From the NCBI RefSeq assembly GCF_964204645.1, contig NC_134034.1, forward strand, positions 9,870,962 through 9,934,961: 64,000 nt of DNA. The letters are read 5' to 3'. Shown in pieces: positions 27,949 to 39,599 of this stretch. The stretch comes from Tubulanus polymorphus (Eukaryota; Animalia; Nemertea). The notes under the pieces were generated by a model. That model saw only the letters and a program-made list of their open reading frames with translations. It did no database searches and had not been told where the DNA came from. The position numbers and the translations under genes were made by a program. How positions within the stretch are numbered: the stretch's first letter is position 1; every line of letters starts with the position of its first letter.

Positions 27949-28360
27949 ATCAAATTTGATAAAGCTGAAATTATTTATACTTCCAGCAATTACACTAAAC
28001 GCCACATAGTTGAGTCTGCCCTAATTACTCGTCACTCAGATATTAGTACCAATTTAAACAATGGCTTTTCTCCGCATAATTCCCTTCTTTCTAAGTATAT
28101 TACTTCATGCCTTGCCAAACACTAATTATTTACTCACTCACCAATTTACTCAATTAACCTGTTCTCCTCTGTATATATACCCCCGTTTTCAATCTTAATC
28201 TCACACCTGACGATGATCTCTAGGGTGAGATCGAAACGTCGTGTCTTTTATATATTTTTGATTGAATAAATAAATTCTGGTTTTTAAATTCTTTTAATCT
28301 GTAAATAGTGGGATTTTATCTTGTTATCCGTTCACCACGTTTGAGTGTGGTTATCGTTCC
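27949..28360 (+). mobile_element. Penelope-like retroelement 3' remnant (GIY-YIG endonuclease C-terminus, hammerhead, AATAAA)
   Basis: 27949-28125 translates IKFDKAEIIYTSSNYTKRHIVESALITRHSDISTNLNNGFSP...*. A hammerhead follows at 28203-28244 and AATAAA near 28265. The 3' boundary is approximate. Confidence 0.8.
28203..28244 (+). ncRNA. Minimal type I hammerhead ribozyme (Penelope-type)
   Basis: ACAC-CTGACGA-T-GATCTC(TAGGGT)GAGATC-GAAA-CG-TC-GTGT: intact core, 4-bp stem I, 6-bp stem II, palindromic minimal stem III. Predicted cleavage after C28240. Confidence 0.85.
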
Positions 28361-28513
28361 ATAGTGTTTTCATTTTCAACACGTTGACCTCTCTCAGTCA
28401 CTCATAAACCTCACCTCGTAACGAATACCTCGTTCCCTCAACACGAAAGAGTACTTGAAGGTGTTCTCTATTTCTATATCAGCACGAACTCAATCTTGAC
28501 AATACTAGGTCCG

Positions 28514-28730
28514 TAAGGCTAAAAAAATTAATACCTCGTTTCTCCAATCTGCCGAGCTTAAAACTTGACCCGGACGGCCGCCTATCAACCCAGTACATTA
28601 CTTTTTTTAAAATTATAATCAATTTTACCATAACAGAAATATAAAAATGAACTCGATTAAAAATTTCACTAGATTTTACAAAAATGACCCGGCCGCTGCG
28701 GAGAAACAGGGTATCGTTTGTTTAGCCTAA
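28514..28730. mobile_element. MITE family with TAAGGCTAAAAA...TTTAGCCTA ends
   Basis: Imperfect TIR including ATACC.GTTTCTCC / GGAGAAAC.GGTAT. Related copies at ~32375-32578, ~35465-35593, ~36440-36630, ~40420-40620 and ~47017-47254. Confidence 0.6.
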
Positions 28731-29867
28731 ATAGGTTTTGTTATATATCGTAAAGCCTTGAAGACTCTTATTTCGAACAACGACGACAACGCTATGTAAC
28801 AATAGTATTGAAATTGAGCTAAGTGCAATAGATCGGCCCTCGCATCGAGGGAATCCAGGGTAAACTTTTTTCAGCGCCCTTTTTCATTTTGTCAACAAAC
28901 AAATAAAAAAGCTATTTTGCCGACATCTATGTTTATCAAAATATAAACCTTTAAGGTTCGGGTAGGGTAAGAGTCTGAAGGGTCCAGAGGGTTAGGGTTA
29001 GGATCAGGTTCGGTTTTAAAGCAAAGCTAGGGATAAGGAATTTTCAAAGTTGTGCACCTCCATGAAAAATTAGCCGATCTCAGTATATATCAATGTATAT
29101 CACAGGATATCAGAATCATGTGGCTCAACCAAAAACACAAGGACAACACATTACAGAGGCTCGTATCGGAGTTGTAGGTAGTGTCAAAACGATATCTGTT
29201 AATTCAGTGTCTACAATGTATATAAAATAACAAGGGGGCCAACGACAACGCTATAACAAACTACTCAAATTCAGTCGCTTACTGTTTCATTATTTCTCAT
29301 CTGATTTCAATAATCCAGGCATGAAATCAAAGCTAACAGCTTTCTGTTTCTGACGAATCTAAATTTGATATTCCGATGAATCGTTCGTGAATTATCTGTT
29401 TTAGAACACAAAATTAGGGCCGAAATTTCCTCGACCGAAACTGCTGCGACACCAGTTTTTGCCGATTTTGAAATCAAAAACGTTAAATTCGACCAGAAAT
29501 CGTTCTATTCTACAACTCGATCAACAAATATAGGGTTGGATCCAGCCTACCAGCTACTACCGCTTGAGTGGCACTCACGATTGTAGAAGTCCCTTCTATT
29601 TTTCAAATTCTGGTAGAATCAATTAAAATAGTCAATATGAATAATTGAAAATGGGTAAACTTATTTTTTCATGAATGATGTATCTTTAACATGTCATATT
29701 TTGTGGATGCAGAGAAGGATTTGATGCCCCAAATTGACTTGGATTTTGCCCGAGAGCAACTAAAAATTCAAAAATTTCTACAACAAAGGTGCCCTGCCAC
29801 AGCTGAGCAGTACTCAGAAACCTAGGCTAGATCCGCCCCTGACAATACGAGCCCCCTATCCCTCTAC

Positions 29868-29891
29868 TCTGTGTGTGTGTGTGTGTGTGTG
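29868..29891. repeat. (TG)n microsatellite
   Basis: Read directly from the sequence. Confidence 0.9.
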
Positions 29892-30719
29892 GTTTGGTTG
29901 TTGACACATTTTCAGTGTCACTGACACTGACTGACACTGACAGTGGACTCGGACTGTGAAGTTGTTGTGCCTCAACAAGTTTGAGAAACGGGTTACTACC
30001 TGTAACAGCAGCCAATTAATGTAACAAATCCATCGTCGTCTCAGCCATAAACACTTGTCATCAATCGAGAGAGCAGATATATGTCCGAATTTCAGAAAAT
30101 ATTGATTCAGCCTCACGCGCCATTACGACGACCTTGAGGTGGATACGGACCGGCGGCGGCCATCATCACTCGCTTACCGCAGTAACCTCCATTAATTCAA
30201 TTCAGCCTTTATTCAGTAAACAAAAATACAACGCGTTCAACCCGGATTTGAAATTTACACAAATGATAATACGTAATACAATGACAATACGTAATACAAA
30301 GATACGTATTGTAGTGACACAAACACCAAGTTACATAAAAGGTTACATAGAAATAAGCAGTTCAAAGCTGATAGCCTTCTGTTTATAGGAGATAGAAATA
30401 ATCTTAGAAGTTGAAATGTGTTTCTTCACAGACGCACTCCTCTTGGAGGAGTTGTCGTTGAGAATCAATTAATCTATTTTATATGGCCTTAAGAACATAT
30501 TGTTCAGCTGGCTACTGGGCGCGTGTTCAACCCAGTGGAACCTTCGATAAGCTCTCAATGTAGGCAAATCAATTTATTCATCATAAAAAACAGATAAGTT
30601 TGTTGATGATAGATGAATTAAAGGATTACAATATGACACATTTAACATGATAAAATATGGATTATATACATAATGAAAAACCGACGTAATACTTTCAAAT
30701 GAGGTTAACGCAAAGAACA

Positions 30720-31090
30720 ATTTACATTATCATTATCATTATCAATCAGATGTTGACATTTCTACGAGTCGTATTAATATGACACTACTGTTTAATTGAT
30801 TATTTAATACATTGATTGGTGTATTTCGCCACATTCAGTAAATCACCACCAGTACTTATTTGGTTATTAAAAACAGCTGACAATTCTTCAAGATTATTTA
30901 TGTTTATCATATACATATCACGTTGAATGGAAAATTTATTGCACCTAAACAGGAAATGTTCTTCATTTTCTACTAATTGACAACTTGCACAAAGACGATC
31001 GTTGGGCTCTAGACCTAAATGTCTCCCTTTTTCAATCATAAGTCCATGCGAAGAAGTCCTCAATTTGCAAACAGATGATCTCATAGAAAA
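30720..31090 (-). mobile_element. Non-LTR retrotransposon (LINE) 3' remnant, ORF2 C-terminal CCHC zinc-binding region
   Basis: CKLRTSSHGLMIEKGRH...RLCASCQLVENEEHFLFRC, followed downstream by a short (GATAAT)n-like tail near 30725-30742. Confidence 0.8.
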
Positions 31091-31433
31091 GCAGTGCACC
31101 CTCGGTAGGCAATCCACCAGGGGCAAGCGCTAGAAAGCCCTGTTAGTGTTAACCGTGGAATAAACTGTGGTTAGGCGCAAATGGGCGCAGGAAATCTCTC
31201 GTATAGCACCAAATCAAACTCTTGTTAAGCTAACTGTTAATCAGACAGCACCACATCGTGGTAAGGCTAATAGGGTTTTCCTGCACCCATCACAGGTTGG
31301 TTGGTCGGTCTACTGCTGCCACTTTCAAAGAAGTCAGGTGGCGTTGGGTCTTCAGTTGACCTCGGCGTCGGCTTCTCAGGTCGGCTCCACTCAAGGTCTG
31401 TGTTTGACATAATTACTTTAGTTTTTGATTCAA

Positions 31434-31439
31434 TTTATT
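31434..31439 (-). terminator. Candidate polyadenylation signal (AATAAA) of the FN3 gene
   Basis: TTTATT on the plus strand, about 80 nt downstream of the stop at 31521. Confidence 0.45.
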
Positions 31440-31520
31440 GGCATAAAAGATTATTACAAAGTTTCCGTAGTTTTAGATTCAATGTGTATTCGTTATACAG
31501 GAAGAACAGAGAAGAGATGG

Positions 31521-31583
31521 TCATATCATCAAGTACACCCATTCAGACGGTTCGCTCCAACCTTTCTTGCCCAACACTGCAGC
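31521..31583 (-). CDS. Exon 12 (terminal coding): end of FN3 domain 5 and stop
   Basis: Acceptor TTTCATTGTAG|GCT gives YGCR|AAVLGKKGWSEPSEWVYLMI*, a typical FN3 F-G strand ending. TGA at 31521-31523. Confidence 0.75.
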   Translation of the reverse strand, partial: AAVLGKKGWSEPSEWVYLMI

Positions 31584-31800
31584 CTACAATGAAATATTGA
31601 AGCTGAAATATTTTCTCGGGTCAAAACCTTTAAAAAAATGGATTCTATTGACATCCAATTTACTTCGTTTACTGCAAATTCTCAATGGGGCAAACATTTC
31701 TTGGAGAACACACGCGAACACAGGAATGTCTAAAACATTACGCTCAAAGGCTAGTTTTCACAAGCGCTTTCTAGCTAGCTTCTCGATGCAAACACTAGAA

Positions 31801-32025
31801 TCGGTTGGCGTAGTGGTTAGAGCGTTCGACTCTGGGTTCAAGTCGCGGGTACGTGCCCCGTACTTCACCGTTAGGTACTCAGGTAGGGATTGGCAAACAG
31901 ATATAAAGTTGGGAGATCTATTTTTGTCCACCACCGTCACTAAGAACCTTGGTGTCTGATGGGGAACCTAGGATCGTAGAGTAACGAAGATCACTGTGTA
32001 CACAGCCGGACTTCTAGGACTGGGC
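31801..32025 (+). mobile_element. tRNA-derived SINE-like element in intron 11
   Basis: A-box TGGCGTAGTGG and B-box GGGTTCAAGTC, without a complete cloverleaf. The 3' part (ctaggatcg...gatcactgtg...aggactggg) recurs at ~34225-34295. Confidence 0.55.
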
Positions 32026-32098
32026 TGGGGGTAAATATTTTTGACGAAAAAAAGCCATTTAATAGTCTCAGTCTTTTTAATCATTTGCATAAACTTAC

Positions 32099-32325
32099 TC
32101 GACATCCGTAATGAGTACTCGATGCATCATCCGAAATATCGATAACAAATTTATCTTCCTTGATATCCCAAAAACGAATCGTCAGTTCGTCTGGAACATC
32201 AGTACCTCCTGTTGTCGCTCCGCATTCCAAAGCGCGTTTAGAAATGGTCCCGAATCGCGATCGAAAAAAGGCCTCGTACTGACCGCTACCCAGTTGCTTC
32301 ACCGAGAGGTTGACGTACGGAAGAC
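32099..32325 (-). CDS. Exon 11: divergent FN3 domain 5 (most of it)
   Basis: Acceptor GTTTTCCAG|GT and donor CGA|GTAAGT; 227 nt, phase 1 to 0; ends STHYGCR. Confidence 0.8.
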
Positions 32326-33070
32326 CTGGAAAACAATGTAATCAAGAAGATTCAGACTCTACTTAAAAGGATGTTAGGCTTGAATGAAAATAAAATGACA
32401 TCTCGTTTCTCCTAATCGGCTGTGTGATCGTTATGTAAACTGCAATAACATTTGTAATCAGTTCATGCCGGGTCTATCATGGTTACTAAGCTTGATCGTG
32501 ATTTTAAAAAGAAGTAATGTACCGGGAAGATAGACGACTGACTGGGTGAAATGAGAAACGTACACATCTTTTAGCCTTATGCAAATACAACGTGAACCGT
32601 TGGACAAATGGACTAGTTCTATCGGCCTGCTTAATAGCGCGCTTGCTTTCCATGTACCAAACCCAGGTTCGGTCCCCAGTGCTTGGAGTAGTCATGGACC
32701 CCAAACTCCTAAATTTAGACTGAAAGCTATGAAAAGGGACTCTAAATCTCTTCCTTTTTGAGCCCATATCTAGTAATCTGGGAGTAATTGGGGTAAGCAC
32801 GTTATATCAATGTCCAATGCTCATGATTTCATAGCTGTGCACCACAACATTCGGGCACGATGACCATTCGCACAGCCATCACATATTTCAAGATTGAAGA
32901 ACGCATGCGTGCTAATTATATTTCAGCCGTCATTCTCATTCAGGACCTTTTTGTAGGACAAAATTGTACCGATTTTTGTAAAAACTGCAAAATCGTCCTC
33001 GGTTTCATAATTCGAACACAATTTGAAAAGAAAACACGTCTGTATACGTGTAGAACTGATATGTATTTAC

Positions 33071-33391
33071 TTGTTTCGGCAGTTGTAAAGTATTTTGGTT
33101 CCGACATTTCACTTTCACCGGCCTTATTCACCCATTTGTATTTCAATTCGTAACGAGTGTTCGGTGGCAAGTTGTCGATCTTTACTTCGGACGAATAGGC
33201 CGTCGACATGCGCAGGTCGTACCCGTAGGTGACGTCCTCCATACGATACCAGTACGCGCTGAGTTCTCCGTTGCGATCCGCACAGGCGGCGATATCGTGA
33301 AACCTAACCGTGACGTACGTCGTCTCTTTGATGACGTCATCGGGGAGTGCTTCCAGTTGAACATCGGCGGGCGGAGGAGACCCAATAGGAG
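33071..33391 (-). CDS. Exon 10: FN3 domain 4
   Basis: Acceptor TTACTTACAG|CT and donor CAA|GTAAAT; 321 nt, phase 1/1. CADRNGELSAY...IDNLPPNTRYELKYKWVNKAGES. Confidence 0.9.
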
Positions 33392-33809
33392 CTGTAAGTA
33401 ATAAAACATAGATATCCACGGATATCCTTTATTCATTTTCAATTTAGTTATTAGCCCCGGGTTAAAGGTAAACCAATCTATAAAACCGGGCCTAGCTTTA
33501 TTTTCATCAGAGGTGGATCCTACGCTCTCAGAACAAAGGTTTCTGTCGTAAAGCCGTAAGAGGTTTTTAGGCTAGTTACTCAAGCAGAACCATCAAAGGT
33601 TTTAGGATGAAACCTTTTTTGCATAGCTCTTCAAAGCAAAGAATCGATGGAAAAGGTTCTTTGAAAAAACACGTTGTCCGCAGAATTCATTGGAATACCC
33701 TTTTACAATATCCTCGGATGGTTCTGTTTTATTTCAAGGAATCGAGAGTGGTCTCACAGAAGTGTAACCCTGATATTCATGCTTCGAATGAGCACTTTGA
33801 TTTTCTTAC

Positions 33810-34136
33810 TTGATTCCCCGGTCACGGTATTCACGGCGAATTTGTTCCATATCTTCACTGTGCTGTTATTCGGTTCCGTGACGCGCGCTTCGATCCTGAA
33901 CACGTAACGCGTATTACCGTACAAATCGACCAATTGCAAATGAGGTTTTCTAATTGCGAACGGTGTCCGTTGGAGAGTGTTTTTCCAATGTCGGCCTTTG
34001 CACTGCATGTGTTTAACCTTGTGGTACAAGACATAGTATTCTATTCGGGCGCCCGATTCTGCCAATTCGCTGGCCCGTGTATTGTTCCATTCCAAAATGA
34101 TTCCACCTCGAGACGCCGTGTCATTCACATAAGTCG
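33810..34136 (-). CDS. Exon 9: FN3 domain 3
   Basis: Acceptor CTTTTTCTAG|CG and donor CAA|GTAAGA; 327 nt, phase 1/1. IILEW...YYVLY...LVDLYGNTRYVFRIEA. Confidence 0.88.
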
Positions 34137-34885
34137 CTAGAAAAAGATGAAAATAACGGCGGTTATTGTCATCAGCCGATTCTTTCCTTTTCAGTCTTGT
34201 TTCTAGTTTCACCGAGAACAGGACTGGGTGAACGCTAGGATCGCAGAGCGATGGAGATCACTGTGGAGACAGCCACACTACAGGACTGGGTGAAGTTTCC
34301 ATTGCGACCTTCTTGCACGTTTTGTTCGTGGCTCCAGTGCCGCGTAATTCCTCTTAAGTATAGCCCTCAAGGCTCACAAATGAAGAAGTACCACGATTCG
34401 AATCTTTTACGATATAATTTATCAAAATGGAGTGGACTGACATTCCACCTGATGATAGCGTTTAGTCAACAGCCAAACGTTGTGGTTTCATTTTAATGAA
34501 ATGAAATTCGAATTGTGGGATTTCTTCGTTTATCGACAGTTTACGGGCATTATAGCGTTTTTCATAATGTTTATTCATCTTTGTAATCTATCAAAGACCA
34601 GGTTTAAAAAGTATCTATTCAATCATTAGATTTTATAGGATGTACCACTATAATTGTAAACGACAGATATGACGTGATCGATTTCATTGAATACAGGGAT
34701 TCGAACCGTAATCAACCAATCGCGTAACGTGTAAATGGCCTGATTTGCATATGGATTTGCATATTGAGCTCCACGACCTTCCGATTCGGGCGACTTTGGG
34801 TTCGAATCCCAATGAATATAGAATACAATTCGACTTAATTGACGAAAAAGTACATTTCAAGCACAGATCACAATTTGTTAAATAC

Positions 34886-35153
34886 CTGGAGAATCGGTTT
34901 TCATATTCACAACCGGCCCAAATACCACTTCGGTATCGGGATTCTTTACTCCTATCTTTATTTCTAGCTCGTTTCCGTTGCCCATCAGTGCATAATCATC
35001 AATTATCGAGGTTTGCTCCGGTGATGCGGCGTCGGGCGAACTCTCAACACGTTCCAGTTCAATATGGCGCCATCGATCCATCGTCGTGGTTTTGTAGTAC
35101 ACGTAGTAGACCGCGGTCGATTCGGAGCAACGCAATTCGGAGATATCGATCGG
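34886..35153 (-). CDS. Exon 8: remainder of FN3 domain 2
   Basis: Acceptor CTTCCTCAG|CCG (phase 0) and donor CAG|GTATTT (phase 1); 268 nt. PIDISELRC...YYVYYK...W...LEIKIGVKN...FGPVVNMKT. Confidence 0.82.
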
Positions 35154-35716
35154 CTGAGGAAGTTCAAAGAGAATAGCCGTTTTAGACGGCGTAAAAACCG
35201 TTACAATCATTTTTTTTTTTTTTATACATTGATAACTACTATCCGTTATTTGGAAGGGGTTCTGTGTGAGTCGATGTGCACTACGTCATCAATATTGGCG
35301 TTTCAAAATAACAATTACAATTGCGAATTTAGGCGTTTATTCAGTATTTGGTTAAATTTCGTGATTCTTATTTTTTGATTAGTGACTTTTCATGCGCTTC
35401 TGATTTGATAGTACATGTAAATCAATATTTTACGGTTACGTTATTTTTCGGGACGTCACTCAATATGGCCAAACAAAATTGATACCTTGCTTCTCCTATT
35501 CAACCAGGTCACCTTTGTATACCGCAATTTAAAACTTAAGTCAACTTGTGAGCTCAGCAGAAATGAAAAACAAGGTATCCATTTTTTAGCCTTAACGTCC
35601 AACAAACACCAACCCTCCCATGCATATTTCAACAGCCGAAAAAGACAGCTTAAGAATTCAAAGGCATTTTCTAAAAATCTGACGGTGTATCTTTACAATA
35701 AAAGACTTTCATTTAC

Positions 35717-35781
35717 CTGCCACGTGACGGAAAGTCTGCTTGTAAGGTAAAGATTAGTAATCGACGGTGCATTCGTCGGTT
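35717..35781 (-). CDS. Exon 7: start of FN3 domain 2
   Basis: Acceptor ATTTTCAG|AA and donor CAG|GTAAAT; 65 nt, phase 1 to 0. EPTNAPSITNLYLTSRLSVTWQ. Confidence 0.8.
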
Positions 35782-35985
35782 CTGAAAATATATCGAGGCG
35801 ATTAACACGAAAAGCAAGCTTCGAAGAAACCGGGATCTGGCTTCACAATTCTTTGAGTTGAGATTTTAATGAACGTCGAGTCGTTGAAGCACGAATTTGA
35901 ACTCAGAAATAGCTCTAACTCATAACTGTGACCTGGGGTCCACAGCTTTGCATGCATCGATAGAATTTACGTTGCGTAGATTTAC

Positions 35986-36300
35986 CTAAGCAGGACGTCT
36001 TCACTTGTAGACTATTACTCAAATACTTCGACGTGGAATTCCATTTTCGAAGTCGCGTGGCAATTGCGTAACTGGTGAACGGCCGTAATTGGCCGATTTC
36101 AAACCGCGTCTCATTCGTCTGACCGGCTATCGTCCAATCAGAATCGTTATCGCTTATCGATCGGTAGATTATCTGGTATTCTGGATAGACAGGACCTCTT
36201 CCGGAATCTACAAATTTCTGAGCGCTTAAGTCCATCAGTCCGACGACGATTCTATCGTTGTATGTTTTCAGTTCCTCTGGTGCCGGGCTCAACCTAAATT
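35986..36300 (-). CDS. Exon 6: fibronectin type III domain 1
   Basis: Acceptor TTTCATCCAG|AA and donor TAG|GTAAAT; 315 nt, phase 1/1. YQIIYR...W...FEIGQLRPFTSYAIATR...VKTSC. Confidence 0.88.
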
Positions 36301-36738
36301 CTGGATGAAACAAGCATACTATATTCATATATATCCATATTTCATTTACGAAATGATTAAACGAGTACAAAATAAAATACAAAATGCTTTCAAAATAAAT
36401 TGCTTGATGACTGGTGAAGTTAATAGATGACTTACAACCTTAAGCTAGAAAATTGATACCCTGTTTCTCATTTTGCTGAGCTTTGAAGTGGACCTGGCTA
36501 CCGGTCTACTTTGTACATTGCTTTCTTTCAAAATCACCGTGAACCTAACCAAAACAGACCCGGCAGCTATAGAAATGAACCTAACAGACCCAGCCGATAA
36601 GGAGAAACATGGTATCATTTTTTAGCCTAGCCCTGCGTATCAATACTGAATTTTTGAAAGCTAAGATCCAGATCCCTCAATAAAAAATGGACTCTGTGAC
36701 TTTTAACTATCAATTCAATCAATCATTTGTCAACTAAC

Positions 36739-36888
36739 TTGATTGGCAATTATTCCCGATCAGGTTTGGAGAGCATCCCTTTGAACAAGCTCCACTCAGA
36801 TAGTCAACCCGGTTATCAGCTACAGACGTATCACATTGATCTGACGTCATACAACCGTACGTGTTTGGTACGCTGCAGTCGGCCGGGT
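36739..36888 (-). CDS. Exon 5: EGF/laminin-like Cys-rich module
   Basis: Acceptor TTTTTTCTCATGTTGTAG|AC and donor CAA|GTTAGT; 150 nt, phase 1/1. DPADCSVPNTYGC...SGACSKGCSPNLIGNNCQ. Confidence 0.82.
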
Positions 36889-37287
36889 CTACAACATGAG
36901 AAAAAAGAGGAAGTAAAATTGGGTAAACAGAAAGGAAGGGTTTTCTTATTCGCAACGAGTGAAATTGTGAAATCATTGGGAAAATAAGAGAGAGTGAGAC
37001 AGATAAGGTGAATGGGAATTGCCAACGTTGTGTCGAGCGAGGAATCATTCCACTTATGGTGAGCGAGGATCCTCCATCTTCCGGCCACAGCTTCATCTAC
37101 ATTTCAGTTGGAATCTAATGAACTTTTCTTTTGTTAAACAAATCAGTCATTAATGAAAACCATATGCTGATTGCTGAGTAGAAAAATGAATTCAATATTT
37201 ATTTGGTAAGTCCTGTGATGAATGTAAGTGACTCGGCCCGGTAAAACGTCAAACCCGACGCTCGACAATGTTCAATATGATCCTTAC

Positions 37288-37527
37288 CTATGTAGCGAAA
37301 TCCGGTAACCTCGATTTCGTAGAATGCCATGGTTGTTCGTCGTAGGCTTTTGTATTGGAGGGTAACGTATTTACCGACCAGTGGAGTTCGGCAGGTGATT
37401 CGAAAAAATGGAAGAGAACTGCTACATAGGAGTGACAGTTTACTAGTACTTATATTCTTGCAAAGCGGGTTATCCTCGATGTTTAGACTGTCACCGACAC
37501 GGATTTCTAGATAACGATTAGGCATTC
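37288..37527 (-). CDS. Exon 4: second half of the F-type lectin domain
   Basis: Acceptor GATTTCAG|GA and donor TAG|GTAAGG; 240 nt, phase 1/1. LEIRVGDS...NPLC...ITCRTPLVGKYVTLQ...FYEIEVTG. Confidence 0.88.
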
Positions 37528-38140
37528 CTGAAATCAAGAGTTTCTATCAATTTCATTGCAGGTATTGAGGTACGCTATGGAAGGTATACGGCTATATAAG
37601 GTTTTGGTATTAGCCCGTATTTGCATAATTTATGCAAAGCTATATAACGTTCCGCCGCATCAATTAAGTATTCCCAATGATTGCACCCATCATGTAGTCC
37701 TTACACATACACTAGTTATTTTTCCAAAAGGTGCCATCATTTCTTTAGAAATGATCTTCTTGTTTTAGGTTTTGGCAGATATCGATTGGTCTCTATCGAT
37801 TCCAGAATTCTCTTCTAGCACGTTCGTTTCGACTAGAATCCGCTCTAACTACTCCGGAATAGTATAATCTGTAAACTTGATAGAAGCGGCCCGTGGAGAA
37901 TTTGGTAGGTTTAGATTGGTCTCTATCGATTCTCTTCTGGCGCATTCGTTTCGACCAGAGACTACGCTCTAGCTATTCTGGATTAGCATGATCTGTGTAA
38001 ACTTGATAGAAGTGGCCGGTAGAGAGTTTGGTAGGGTTTTGATTCCGGAATTCTTTTCGCGCGCGTTTGTAATCCGAAACTGGGCTCTTCCTAAATCGCT
38101 TTACGTTCAATAAGACTTTGTTTTTCTCTGCTTATTTTAC

Positions 38141-38353
38141 CTGCACGATCCAGTGAACTGCAGTTTTCTCCGTACGACACAGAAACAGACTGGACAACGT
38201 ATTGCGATGCGAGGTTTGCACGAAACCACGGAAAACGTTCGTATCGAGTTTGACATTTTTTCGTTCTCAACGATCCGTCTAAACATCGGTACGCTTTCCG
38301 GTACCTGTCGAACAACGACGACATCGAAGCCTCTTTACCTGCGGCTATATTAC
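38141..38353 (-). CDS. Exon 3: first half of a degenerate F-type lectin (FTP / F5-F8-like) domain
   Basis: Acceptor TGTTTTAG|GT and donor CAG|GTAAAA; 213 nt, phase 1/1. GNIAAGKEASMSS...AYRCLDG...CQT...PWFRANL matches the NVA.GK.A.QSS / A.RAVDG / C.HT / PWW.VDL pattern. Confidence 0.85.
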
Positions 38354-38499
38354 CTAAAACAAACAGAGAGTAAGATCGAATGAAGATCCAGAGTATATTG
38401 CGCTGGGTATATCCATTTATCTTGTTGTAAAGTTGAGGTCTAGATGGGGTCTTAATTCGTTGGCTGCGACAACGAACACAGATAATTCAGTAAAGCCAA

Positions 38500-38980
38500 T
38501 GAAAAGGAACTAGATGGATGTAGGTAATTTGAGTAAGACAGACGACACGGATACGACTAGTTATGTAAGGGATCTAGATGGATGTAGGTCATTTGCGGGT
38601 TGGCAAAGACATCAGCACAGATACACCCAGTCCAGTTTGGGACGTATAGATGGAGGTAGTTCCTTTGTGGGTTGGCTAAGACATCGGTACAGATACACCA
38701 AGTGCAGTTGGGGTCCTAGATGGATGTAGGTTCTTAGGGTTGGCTACGGCACAGATACATGGACATGGAATACCATCGATTGCGTAGCTGGGGTCAAGAT
38801 TGATGTAGATTCGTTGGCTACCGCAGCAATCACAGATACATCCATTAAAGCTAAGGAACTAGAAGGATGTAGCTTCTTTGAGTTGGTTACGACAGACGCG
38901 GAGGTGCATCTAGTAATGAAAGGGACCATATGGATGTAGGTTCTTTGGGTTAGCTACACAGATAGACCACACAGATACAT
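38500..38980. repeat. Old degenerate ~70-bp tandem repeat in intron 2
   Basis: Recurrent TAGATGGATGTAGG...ACAGATAC. Confidence 0.6.
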
Positions 38981-39599
38981 GTTTAGCAAAACAAAATGAC
39001 ATGAATAGTTTGTTTAGCTCACTTAGTTGACAAATCAATAGTTCAGTCAGTTTGTTGTTATTTATATGTCTAGGAGCAAAGACCTGTCTGACACTAATTA
39101 GTGTAATAAACAGTTTTGAGAAACATTAGTCTGTAGTGAAGAATGTATAAATGTAACATCTTTAAAGTAAAGAACAGTCTGTGTTTGGAGTTCCTACTAA
39201 AAGGACATTCTGCCAACCGGACAATATTCAGCAAGTTGAAAATGAATACGTAAATCTCATGAACGAAAGCTTTTGGAGTTCTGATCGGAGTATTCTACGG
39301 TAAATACTGAAGCGAGTTTACAGTTATTAAACATGGAATACCACCGATCGCGTACTGCGAAACAAAAACAATCGAAATTTCTGCTGGCTTTTGTACGAGG
39401 CTATAACCTCTGTAGTCCTATTTTTTTCTCGATTAGATGTGACCTAGACCTGAGCCAAAACGTTTTTGCAAATAATTGACCAATTGGTATACACGATTAT
39501 ATTATTTTCGATAATAATAAAATAGTATTTTATGGCCTACGCCTATGCGTATGTACAAAGTAATTGCTATGTTATAAAACTAATGTGCGCGATACTTAC

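Noticed and set aside
31270-31410. Minus-strand ORF MSNTDLEWSRPEKPTPRSTEDPTPPDFF as an extra stalk exon of the FN3 gene
   Set aside because: No convincing acceptor or following TM segment; exon 12 already completes the FN3 fold and is followed by a stop and AATAAA.
31801-31875. tRNA genes at ~31805, ~32610-32680 and ~58700
   Set aside because: Only A/B-box-like motifs are present and no full cloverleaf with acceptor stem could be built; treated as SINE heads or left uncalled.
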